From positions 70,928,001 through 70,992,000 of the forward strand of contig OX597825.1 in the NCBI GenBank assembly GCA_951406725.2: DNA of 64,000 nucleotides. The letters run 5' to 3'. Shown here in pieces: positions 53,494-64,000 of the stretch (position 1 is its first letter; the number at the start of each line of letters is the position of its first letter). Under the pieces are notes generated by a model that had not been told where the DNA came from, did no database searches, and was given only the letters and a program-made list of their open reading frames with translations. The DNA is from Octopus vulgaris. Its lineage: Eukaryota. Made by a program: the position numbers and the translations under genes.

Positions 53494-54507
53494 TTAAGCA
53501 ACAGGTGGAGAGGGAGGGGATAAGGGCCACATGCCCCAAAACATATGGTGTACTCAGCCATGCCTTGTAGTGATGACCACGATGGTGCTACCATGAAGAA
53601 TAGTCAACAACACTCACTGTAGTAGCCACTCCTCCTCCAAGTAATATAATATTTTCCCTAGTCAGAACATATTTCCTCAATAGGTGCCACACAATGGGAC
53701 TGAACCTTTGAGCATATGATTGAAAAGCAAGCTTCTCAAACTCATAGCTACACCAGCTCTTTTACTTGTTTCAGTCATTTGACTGTGGCCATGCTGGAGC
53801 ACCGCTGTTAGTCGAGCAAATCGACTCCAGGACTTATTCTTTGGAAGACTAGTACTTATTCTAAAGGTCTCTTTTGCCAAACCGCTAAGTTACAGGGACG
53901 TAAACACACCAGCATCGGTTATCAAGTGATGTTGGGAGGGGGTGGGGTCAAACACACACACACACACACATATACATATACACGATGGGCTTCTTTCAGT
54001 TTCTGTCTACCAAATCCACTCACAAGGCTTTGGTCGGCCCGAGGCTATAGTAGAAGACACTTGCCCAAGGTGCCACACAGTGGGACTGAACCCAGAACCA
54101 AGTGGTTGGTAAGCAAGCTACTTGCCACACAGCCACTCCTGTGCCTATATATATATACACACACACAAGGGTAGACTGAAAGGTTCAGAGGCTGACCAAG
54201 ATACTCTCATGAAATGTGACCAAATGAGGTTTATTTTTCCACATATTCCTCTTGCAGACTTGACAGTTTAGTCCAAGCCAATGAGAAAGAGAGCCTCTCT
54301 ATAATCATTCAATGTTAAATATAGTACACAAATCTCTCTCCAATGACATCCATTTTAAAAAGATAAAAAGATGGCCAGTTACATTGGATAAAGTAGGCCT
54401 AGAAACACTAACAGAAATCATAGTCGCAGATGCTTTGAGATTAAACAAATATAAGACCAACAAAATATTTCTCTGCTGAGGGACACAGCCATAGTGGCCT
54501 TGTTTAA

Positions 54508-55135
54508 CCCCTTGACAATGATTGACGCAAATATGCGATCACACTTTTGCTTGCCTACCTGCGGTTAACGTAAATATACGATCTAGAGCTGCCCTACATC
54601 TATCACTGACATTTTAGCAGCTGACATATATTTACATTCGCTATCGTGTACTTTATCTTTTGAGGTGCACGCGCTCGCCGTTCCCGTGCATTATCTTTGC
54701 TATTTTAGGTTACGTTTGAGTCATGAGTCTAGCAGTAGACCAATCGACATGCGGATACTTTACATGCATAATACCGTGTTTTGAGTTGTACCACATGCAA
54801 GCTATTTTTTAGCTGAAAGCAGTTTTTGTACAAACTTTGCAGACATGCGTCTCATACCCAAATCTTCAGTGATAATGGACTGAACTGAACCATAACTAAT
54901 CTGCACATCCTCTGGTAACTCATGGATGGTGATTCAACAATTTCCCTTCACAGCTGCACGAGAATAACTCGTGCATATCATATTATGATAAATAGCTTCA
55001 CATAGTTCATTTTCATAAACCGGTAGACGTAAATAGATGCGAGCTCATTGGCACTTATGTGTTTGTGTGGCCTCATTAGATAAAAAAACCCAGAGCAGTG
55101 TCTTGCATGCTTCGGATAATAACGGCGTTAGGGGG
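54508..55135. mobile_element. piggyBac-like non-autonomous element
   Basis: TTAA|CCCC...GGGGG|TTAA with imperfect TIRs. Confidence 0.7.
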
Positions 55136-55211
55136 TTAAAATGTAATATTATACTCAATGGCTTTACTGACAACAAAAAGGAATGTCTCAAAATAGAAGA
55201 TATATCAGTAG

Positions 55212-55293
55212 GACGAGGTGGCTGAGTGGTTAAGGCGATGGACTGCTAATCCATTGGGAATTTCCTGCGTGAGTTCGAATCTCATCCTCATTG
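55212..55293 (+). tRNA. tRNA-Ser(GCT), probably a decaying copy or pseudogene
   Basis: GACGAGGTGGCTGAGTGGTTAAGGCGATGGACTGCTAATCCAT...GTTCGAATC; long variable arm; anticodon GCT; C-A mismatch in acceptor stem; short T-run downstream. Confidence 0.85.
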
Positions 55294-55306
55294 ATTTACA
55301 TTTTAT

Positions 55307-55690
55307 AGGCGCAGGAGTGGCTGAGTGGTAAGTAGCTTGGTAACCAACCACATGGTTCCTGGTTCAGTCCCATTGCGTGGCATCCTGGGCAAGTGTCTTC
55401 TGCTATAGCCCCAGGCCGACCAATGCCTTGTGAGTGGATTTGGTAGTCGGAAACTGAAAGAAGCCTGTCGTATATATGTATATATATGTGTATGTGTGTG
55501 TGTTTGTCCCCCTAGCATTGCTTGACAACCGATGCTGGTGTGTTTATGTCCCCGTCACTTAGCGGTTCGGCAAAAGAGACCGATAGAATAAGTACTGGGC
55601 TTACAAAGAATAAGTCCCGGGGTCGATTTGCTCGACTAAAGGTGGTGCTCCAGCATGGCCACAGTCAAATGACTGAAACAAGTAAAAGAG
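55307..55690 (+). mobile_element. Abundant tRNA-headed SINE with a CORE-like CCTTGGGCAAGT motif; representative copy
   Basis: More than 15 copies in the window, e.g. 15053-15430(+), 17212-17689(-), 26672-27062(-), 47920-48281(-), 48905-49310(-), 53757-54145(-), 59784-60177(-); tail GACTGAAACAAGTAAAAG. Confidence 0.9.
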
Positions 55691-55768
55691 TATGGCAATT
55701 TCAAAGCTGCTCCTATATGAGTCAAATATTCTACTAACATGTTACTAACAAAATAAATGTATATTTAC

Positions 55769-56644
55769 CGTGTTCCTTCTGTTGTTGAATCTATTGGGTC
55801 AGAGAGAGACATAAACATAGAATGGTTAGCGAATACTGGAGTGTCATTGTCTTCATCTTGGAAATTTCTCGAAGAGTCTTCAGAGAAATTAGATGCATGT
55901 GATGCTGTGGCAAAAAGATCACGTTCTAACGTTTGATTGCCATCTGAAGAATTTGTCCCCAACAAATCATTGCTGACAAAAATATCATCGTTTCCAAAAT
56001 CATCCAGATTAATTCGTTTTACAACCATTTGTTTTTTTGTTTTTGTTTGTCGCGGCATCTTTTACATTTCCATTATTTGTGCTTTCTTTACATTGTTTGT
56101 TTTTTGATTTTACATCCGGTTTCTCTTTTGTCTTTGGTTTTACACTTGTCACCTGTGCATCTTTAGATTTTAATTCATTTTCCTCTTTGCATTTCGATTT
56201 AACACCTGTCACCTGTTTGTCTTTCGATTTCACACCTGCTTCTTTAATTTTTTTGGTCTCTTTCACGTTAGATTCAGATGGTATGTTTTCTTTGGGCTGC
56301 TTTGAAGAATCCTCGTTGCATTCTTGCATCAAACTCTTACCCCCTGAGGCGACCTCCTCTTCTTCTTCTCCCTCCTCCCCATCACCATCACTCGCTATTT
56401 CATTAACTTTTTCATCAAGGAAGTTAGACACCAAAGCTTTCTTTGCCTGGATATTTACTTTCTTTTCTGCTTTACTTTTAGTGTTTTTGGTCTTCTTAAT
56501 CTGACGACCAGTACTTTGTGTCTGAAGGAAAGCAGCTAAAGACTTCCAATCTGGATGGTTTTCCCGGAATTCGGCTACAGACTTCTGAAGCTGGGATTCA
56601 TTTGCGAAGCGTGCCAATGTTCGGCTCTCAATAGTCTGAAATCC
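55769..56644 (-). CDS. SRFBP1: SRFBP1 exon 5 (helical domain, then K/E-rich linker); frame shifts near 56012-56061
   Basis: ORFs 56009-56656 and 55765-56058 overlap in different frames. The acceptor is phase 0 and the donor CG|GTAAAT must be phase 2 to join exon 6, so the 876-nt exon is 1 nt too long. Confidence 0.85.
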
Positions 56645-57683
56645 CTGTGAATCCAAAAGAAGAATATCATTTGTCTTAAGAAACTACATCATAAGAACTA
56701 CAATAACATTATCATTACTTGGCATCCACTCTTCAATGCTAGCATGAGTCAGATAGAATTTGTTGAGGCAGATTTTTTCTATGGTTAGATACCCTTTCTG
56801 TTGCAAACCTTCACCTATTTCCAAGCAAGAAAATATTTTATTTTTTGTCAGTCATGTTTCTGAGGAAGATAGGAAATGAACACCATGGCTTGTGTGATGG
56901 TAAGGTACAATTATAACTATTGCACAATATCAAAACAAGGAGAAACAAACACACACACAATGGCATTCTGTCAGTTTTCATCTACCAAATACTCTCACAA
57001 GGCTTTGATTAGCCTGAGGCTATAGTAGAAGGTACTTGCTCAAGGTGCCACACAGTGTGTTTTTAAGCATACCATGTCCATAAGAGATGTTACCTCCAGA
57101 CATATACAGCAGTAAATTTGCCTTTCAATGATATGTAAAGACCACATTCGGTCATGAATGACCATGGGATTGCACCTAGAAAGTTATCCTCCGAGGCTCA
57201 AATCTGGACAAGGTTGTTTATGGAAGAACAGCAGTTGTCCAGGAATATCAGTTTCCCCTCTCCACACCACCGATGTTATCCAAGGGAAATGCAAAGGGGC
57301 CGATACAGTTTGGCACCTGTGACTGCGCAACTCATTTCTACAGCTGTGTGAACTGGAGCAACGTGAAATAAAGTGTCTTGCTCAAGAACACAACACACAA
57401 CCCAGTCTGGGAAGTGAACTCACTAACTCATGATTGTGGGCATGACGCTCTAATCACTGAGCCATGGGCCTTCACTTTAATGATATATTTACATTAAATA
57501 AAATAACAGATGGTTATTTATATATATATATATATATATATATCATCATCATCGTTTAACATCCGCTTTCCATGCTAGCATGGGTTGGACGGTTCAACTG
57601 GGGTCTGGGAAGCCAGAAGGCTGCACCAGGCCCAGTCTGATCTGGCAGTGTTTCTACAGCTTTATATATATATATATGTACAT

Positions 57684-57723
<40 letters not shown>

Positions 57724-57824
57724 GGAAGGCATAATAAACACTTTTAAATCTAAAAGCTAGTGTTTAGCAATTTTAGCTCATGTAAAAAATGTAAGCAGAT
57801 GGAAAAGAAAAGGAGATGCCATAC

Positions 57825-57896
57825 CTTTGAACTAAGCTGAACAAATGTCAATGTGTTACCCAGCACAAACCTAGAAATGGTATCAGGTTTTAATTT
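57825..57896 (-). CDS. SRFBP1: SRFBP1 exon 4 (KLKPDTISRFVLGNTLTFVQLSSK)
   Basis: ttttcag| and |gtatgg; LKPD motif. Confidence 0.9.
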
Positions 57897-59129
57897 CTGA
57901 AAAATAAAACAAAACTCAAAGTAAGTCGCTGATGAGCCTTCAGAAACAACAAACATTTAAAAAATTTTCCTGCTAAAAAATGTGAATTTAACCTTGAAAG
58001 GCCCACAACAAACCTATTTTTCAGAGCTCATGGTTCTCTTCTCAAAGTGGTGTTTTGTGGCAGGTTATTTATTCTTCCTGACATCAAACTGTTTTAATTG
58101 CTTCATGCGATAAGCAGGGATACTCCAGCTGAGGCAGCAACAGCATCATCATCACCATCATTGCATGGGTGAGATGGAATTTGCTGAGGCAGCTTTTTCT
58201 GAGGGTGGATGCTGCCTTCTTATTAACAACGGTCACCTGTCTCCATGCAAGGTAGTATTTCTCCGTGGCCAGGCCTGTTTCTAGTTCACCAGGACTAGAA
58301 ACAAACAACATTGCTTATATGGCAGTGGTTCTCATTTAGAAGCCGGCCCAACCCACCCTGGGTGAACGCCGTCACAAGTAGGTAAAGTGGTTCTCATTTA
58401 TAGCCATCACACGATGTCTCGACAAAGGTAGACACACACACATTGTGTAGGTTGTTCAGCAAGTAATTGCAGACTCATCTTTCTCAGATCTGAGAGATTA
58501 ACCAAGAAGTAGAAGAATTGAGCAAATGCCTTCCATTTACAACTTCACAGGGTCAAACCATTTCCCATTGGTATTATATACTGGGTCTCTCAGAACAGCT
58601 AACATGTGGCAGTTAGGTAGATAGACAAAAAAAGGCAGTGAACTGGCAGAACCGTTAGCACGCCGGGCGAAATGCTTAGCGGTATTTCGTCTGCCGCTAC
58701 GTTCTGAGTTCAAATTCCGCCGAGGTCTACTTTGCCTTTCATCCTTTCGGGGTTGATTAAATAAGTACCAGTTACGCACTGGGGTCGATATAATCTACTT
58801 AATCCGTTTGTCTGTCCTTGTTTGTCCTCTCTGTGTTTAGCCCCTTGTGGGTAGTAAAAAAATAGGTATTTTGCTTGCCATTACGTTCTGAGTTCAAATT
58901 CCACCGAGGTTGACTTTGTCTTTTATCCTTTCGGGGTCGATGCAATCGACTTAATCCCCTTTGTCTGACCTTGTTTGTCCCCTCTATGTTTAGCCCCTTG
59001 TGGGCAATAAAGAAAAAGATAGAAAAAAAAAAGGGTGAAATTTGGCCAAAATAATGGGTTTGTTTCAGACCCACACAAATGTAAAAGGAAATTAACAAAC
59101 AGCAATACATCAAGCATGCTTATAATTAC

Positions 59130-59205
59130 CTTCAAGGCAGCTATTTCTTTTACTAATGTTTCAGAGTTCTTTTTGTTTTTCTCCGCGATTTCTGCCTTTT
59201 CATTG
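59130..59205 (-). CDS. SRFBP1: SRFBP1 exon 3 (NEKAEIAEKNKKNSETLVKEIAALK)
   Basis: ttacag| (phase 2) and AAG|gtaatt. Confidence 0.88.
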
Positions 59206-61503
59206 CTGTAACGAATCAATGTTTGGAACAGAGACAGTTGAAGTAAACTCATAGATACACAGTGTCAGAATGAATTACTAACAGGAATTAAATTTTACAA
59301 TAAGTCTTGAACACAACATGAGGTGTATTATGAATAGTTGGAAGGAAAGATAACTTAATATAGAAACATTAGGAAATAATCCCAATTCTATTATAAATTT
59401 GGATGATGTTTTTCTGCCTGTTATGTTTTATGTTTGTTAACTCCTCCGAGGCCATTGGTGCAAGGACAAGGAAACTCAAACCAATAACTCTCCTAATCTA
59501 GTAATTCCCAGGGAATGTCCTAAGGGGGTCTATTTTTTAAGGGCTGCCTAATTGGGGCCCCACTAATCTCCACTATTTTTGCTGCATTTTAAACTGAATA
59601 CATGGCATTAGCGACCAAATCGGAGCAATGACAATAATTTTCACACCATGAACTCTCAGGAAGTATCGTAAGGAGGTTCAATTTCTGAAGGGCTGCTTAA
59701 ATGAAGCCCCACTGACCCCCACTCTATTTTTACTGCATTTACCTCAGAGTTATAATAGGTACATTTCAAGTGTTGTAGTGAGATACTCTTTACTCTCTTT
59801 TACTTGTTTCAGTCATTTGACTGTGGCCATGCTGGAGCACCGCCTTTAGTCGAGCAAATTGACCGTAGGACTTATACTTTGTAAGTCTAGTACTTATTCT
59901 ATTGGTCTCTTTTGCCAAACCACTAAGTTACGGGGACATAAACACATCAGCATTGGTTGTCAAGCGATGTTGGGGGTACAAACACAAACACACATACATA
60001 TATATGTACACACATACACATATATATGACAGGCTACTTTTAGTTTCTGTCTACCAAATCCACTCACCAGGCTTTGGTCGGCCCAAGGCTATAGTAGAAG
60101 GTGCCACACAGTGGGACTGAACCCGGAACCATGTGGTTTGTAAGCAAGCTACTTACCACATAGCCATTCCTACGCCTATTTATATTTTGTAATTTATGAA
60201 ACTTATGTCTAGTAATATGAATTAACCATTTTGTGGCCATATTTTTGGTGAAATACACTATCCAAAAGTTTTAATTAATTCTAAAAATAACCAAGAAATT
60301 TATTGGGTTTGTATTGAAATGATATTTGGAACATAACAAATGATTCTTAAGCCAAACTGTGAAAGAAATCTTTAGTTTGAAAAATAAACACTTTAAAATA
60401 AGTAGTTTTGTATCATCGAATTAGAGGTAGTTCCAAGCAGGTTGGATTCATATTTCTCTGAGAGAGGGTCATATAAGAGCTTTTATTAATTAATACCTTC
60501 ATTTGGTAAGATACTGAACATGAGGGAAGACCTACCTACATCTGTAATTTAGTTTCTTTTAAAATTCTGATAGGCTTACTTAAGGTCCTTCAGCAAATTT
60601 TCTATTGGTTGTCATCTTGCCCATTTCATGCAATGAAATTAGAGCTAAATACTGCTGCTTTAAAACCAACACAGATTGTCATTGTCATCGTCATCATCAT
60701 AATTCAATGCACACTTAACCATACTTACATGGGTCAGATGAAAATTGCTGAGGCAGATTTTCTATGATCAGATGCCCTCCCTATTGCTAACTCACATCTG
60801 TTTCCATGAAAGGTAATATTTCCCATAGCTAGACATGTTTTATACCTTGCTTGTATGATGATGATGATGCACATTTACAACCATTACATGATGTCTAGAC
60901 AAGGCTACACACAAACACATATTCAACACACAGACATACATCATCATCATGTTTTCCATGTCGGCATGGGTTAGATGGTTTGACAAGAATGGGCAAATCA
61001 GAAAACTGCGTGAAGCTCTAATGTCTGCTTTGGCATGGTTTCTACAGCTAGATGCCTTTCCTAACACCAAACACTTTACAGAGTGTACTAGGGGCTTTTT
61101 ATGTAGCATGTACTTATCGTTAGCCACTACACACATTTTTTTCTCTCCTTGTTTTCTGTGTCCCTTTCTGTAAAAGAGCGTAGGCTCGAAATATGAAAGA
61201 CTTTTTCTATTCCTGAGCGTTACACTAATACATCTGTTTATTTTGTACACCACCTGTCTTCGTCTTTTGTTTCTTTTCGTAAACTCTCCCTATGTACTTA
61301 CATACATATATGACAAGTTTCTTTCACTTTCCATCTACCAAACCCATTCAGAAGATTTCGGTTGCCCTTGGGCTTTTGCAAAGTACATCACAGTGGGACT
61401 GAACCTAAGACCATATGGTTGGGGAGCAAGCTTCTCAACCACACAGCCACTCCTGTGCCTTTATATTTTTACTACATTTGTTCATTACTCTCATTATTTA
61501 GAA

Positions 61504-61704
61504 CAGTGCTTTTCAAACGTTTTCCTGGAGTGGAACCCCAAGGAAACATTCCACTGGCTTGAGGAACCCCTGTGCAATAATTTAATAGTCTTATGCACAA
61601 ATATCTGCACAGGAGAATTAAAAATTACTGCCGATTTTAGTAGTTTTGTAACTTCTTGCGGAACCCCTGGACTGTACTGGCGGAACCCTGGTCGAAAACC
61701 ACTG
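61504..61704. mobile_element. hAT (Charlie-like) MITE
   Basis: TIR CAGTGCTTTTCAA / TCGAAAACCACTG; perfect 8-bp TSD ATTTAGAA. Confidence 0.9.
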
Positions 61705-61787
61705 ATTTAGAAAACCAAATGAACAAAAAATTAAAATGTTAAAAGAAAGAATTTGATAATGCTGTTGTCAAATGAAACAAAACGTAC

Positions 61788-61876
61788 GTTTTATTTTTTA
61801 ACTGTTTCAACTGTCGAATCAATTTGGCCAATACGTGTGATTTAGATTTCTTAGTTGTCTGTCGCATTGTAACAAT
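61788..61876 (-). CDS. SRFBP1: SRFBP1 exon 2 (IVTMRQTTKKSKSHVLAKLIRQLKQLKNK)
   Basis: ttacag| and |gtacgt; aligns with vertebrate VVKMRKEVK...KLVR. Confidence 0.88.
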
Positions 61877-62744
61877 CTGTAAGAACAAAATGAAATGAAG
61901 ATTAGTAAGAGATATAAACAAGTTTTATTCTTTGTTGTTCTGAGTTCACAACTGGCTAGAACCAACTCTGCCATTCATGACTCAAGGGTCAATAAAATTA
62001 CTAATAATAATAATAAGAAGAAGAAGAACCACTACCATCACCACTTAGCATCTGCAGTAAGGGATACCAGGATAATAAATTTACAGAAGGCGGCGAGCTG
62101 GCAGAAACGTTAGCACGCCGGGCGAAATGCTTGGCAGTATTTCGTCTGCCGCTACTTCCTGAGTTCAAATTCCGCCGAGGTCGACTTTGCCTTTCATCCT
62201 TTCGGGGTCGATTAAATAAGCACCATTTACGCACTGGGGTCGATGTAATCGACTTAATCCGTTTGTCCTTGTTTGTCCCCTCTGTGTTTAGCCCCTTGTG
62301 GGTAGTAAAGAAATAGATAATAAATTTCCAGTAAACTGTCCCATTCTCTCTGCGTCCATTTACTTTTCAATTGATAAATCAACCGCCCCCCCTCCACGGT
62401 TGTACAGATTCATCCCTTTCGAAGTTGAAGTTAGTCCACGTTGTAAAGAGGAGGGGATTTGCTACCAGAGAGAAACAAACATGAACAGAGGAATGGAAAC
62501 GGAGGCGAGATAATGAAGAGAATTTGAAACAGGAAGACCCCCGAATTATAATATACTGGATAAAATACTAGGATTTTTTAGTGGATCACAACGCTACAAC
62601 CCACTGGACTATGAATAAAATTCTACTAATTACATTTTGGATTATATTTATTATATTACATACAAACAGTATTTTTATACTTTGATTAAAATTTTTCCAA
62701 AGTAATCAATGAACAACACGTGCACACTAGCAACGATAACATAC

Positions 62745-62867
62745 CTTATTATTCAAAGCCACTTTGTCCAAAGACGACTCTTCTCCAAACTGTTTGCTTT
62801 CATCTTTTGTAGCGTTCTCTTTCTGGGAAGCTATATTTTCAGCTTCTATAGCATGTTCAGCAGTCAT
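62745..62867 (-). CDS. SRFBP1: SRFBP1 exon 1 (MTAEHAIE...VALNNK)
   Basis: ATG at 62867, open for 41 codons to AAG|GTATGT; LNN motif. Confidence 0.85.
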
Positions 62868-63303
62868 TTCGAGAGACTTTAATTAAAACTTACATTCATT
62901 AAATTCATACACGCTGACACACAGCCATATTCTTTTCAGATACGAAACTAAGAATATGCTGAAATATAAATTTATCCTAGTTATTCATACAAGGTACATC
63001 TCATAACCCGTTTGCTATTTTAGCAATAGGTTCTACTTGTTTAATCGAAATATCATACAAATTGAAAACAGTATATCAATACACTTCCTATTGATAGTAT
63101 AATTTTCGTATGATTGCAGAAATGACATAGGGTTACATAGAATTGTTTCCCTTGGCTTAATTTCATTTTATTTCAATATAAATAAAGTTTGATAACTCTG
63201 TGCCTGACTAAATAATTTTTTTTTCTTAGTCTTAACTCGATAAGTTGAAAGGTATCGATTTTCTCCACCTGCGTACGAAATAATCTAATTTATTAAAAGC
63301 AAC

Positions 63304-63719
63304 GGATCTTTTCGGTTTGAACAGCAGTTTTTTCTAGCGGTGTCATATGGAATTGTCACCTATAATTATGACCCTAGTATCGATCTATTGCATTTCAATC
63401 TGTTTTAGGGTTAGGGGTGGGGGGAAGAGTATCTTCTTTTCTTCACAAATGTAAATAAACCCAATCTGTTTCTTAAACGAGGGACGTATTCATACGACAC
63501 AGAATGTTTTTTTTTACCTCAATAGACGTCATTGATTGGTTGAAATTGCAGAAATTGAAAAAAAAACAACAACAAATATCTTACAAACTATAGAATTTTC
63601 TCAATAAAACCAACAGAAAAAGATGTTTTATAAACACATTCTACCAGTATACGAAGTTTAAGAGTGTTTAGTTACGTGGAAATTATTTTAAAAAACTGCC
63701 GTTCAAACCGAAAAGCTCC
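63304..63719. mobile_element. Merlin-like MITE family 1, copy 3 (opposite orientation)
   Basis: Same TIRs; perfect TSD AAAGCAAC. Confidence 0.9.
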
Positions 63720-64000
63720 AAAGCAACTTCGTGTTGGTATTAGGGAAAATATGTTTGCAATCTCATTTGAAATTAAAGGGAAATTTGACGACAAGTTAAA
63801 ATAGGTTCTAAGACAGGTGCGAGACATCTATAAAAAGTAAAATAGTATACTGTGCACTTTATTGTATCTTATGCGCATGATACCCCGGTACATGGGAAAA
63901 TTATTTTGCTTGAAACTGGTCCACGGTGCTAAAATAAAGTTTGGACATCACTGACTTAGTAGAAACGGAAAAGAGTTGTCTCCCTTTGGGCAAGTCAGAG

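Larger units (their letters stand above)
49608..62867 (-). other. SRFBP1: SRFBP1 (BUD22-domain ribosome biogenesis factor) gene span; CDS join(62867-62745,61876-61788,59205-59130,57896-57825,56644-55769,52276-51861,49720-49608), with one extra nucleotide in exon 5
   Basis: N-terminal LNNKIVTMR...KL.R...EIAALKKLKPD.I and C-terminal [12 protein letters not shown]...FQGKKITF match SRFBP1/BUD22. Splice phases agree apart from the exon 5 indel. Confidence 0.92.

Noticed and set aside
56057-56070. Micro-intron explanation (GTAAAAG) for the SRFBP1 frameshift
   Set aside because: Only 7 nt, and there is no polypyrimidine tract for any larger intron.
56037-56504. 155-aa + strand ORF
   Set aside because: Antisense shadow of the K/E-rich SRFBP1 exon 5.
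57929-57947. CTGATGA...GAAAC hammerhead-like string
   Set aside because: No stem II closure and no stem I or III pairing; it lies in the branch/acceptor region of SRFBP1 exon 4.

Overview
AT-rich, microsatellite- and transposon-dense animal genomic DNA. The SINE families and repeat landscape suggest an octopus or other coleoid cephalopod (inference). Two convergent, intron-rich housekeeping genes can be reconstructed by hand. SLC25A46 (mitochondrial outer-membrane carrier, + strand, 10 coding exons, 24204-46613) gives ~387 aa with consistent splice phases. SRFBP1/BUD22-like (- strand, 7 coding exons, 62867-49608) gives ~587 aa but needs a 1-nt frameshift in exon 5, most likely at a T7 run. 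An intronic tRNA-Ser(GCT) copy shows CpG-decay damage. The rest is SINEs, LINE tails, Tc1/mariner, hAT, piggyBac and Helitron remnants, and a probable LTR. The least expected patterns are: (i) four unrelated GG...CC terminal-inverted-repeat MITE families with 8-bp target-site duplications (TSDs) that all carry telomeric (CCCTAA)n repeats; (ii) several type I hammerhead-ribozyme motifs of the Penelope/retrozyme kind, including an inverted pair and one downstream of a tRNA-like Pol III head. No protein-coding gene was recognised in 1-24 kb.
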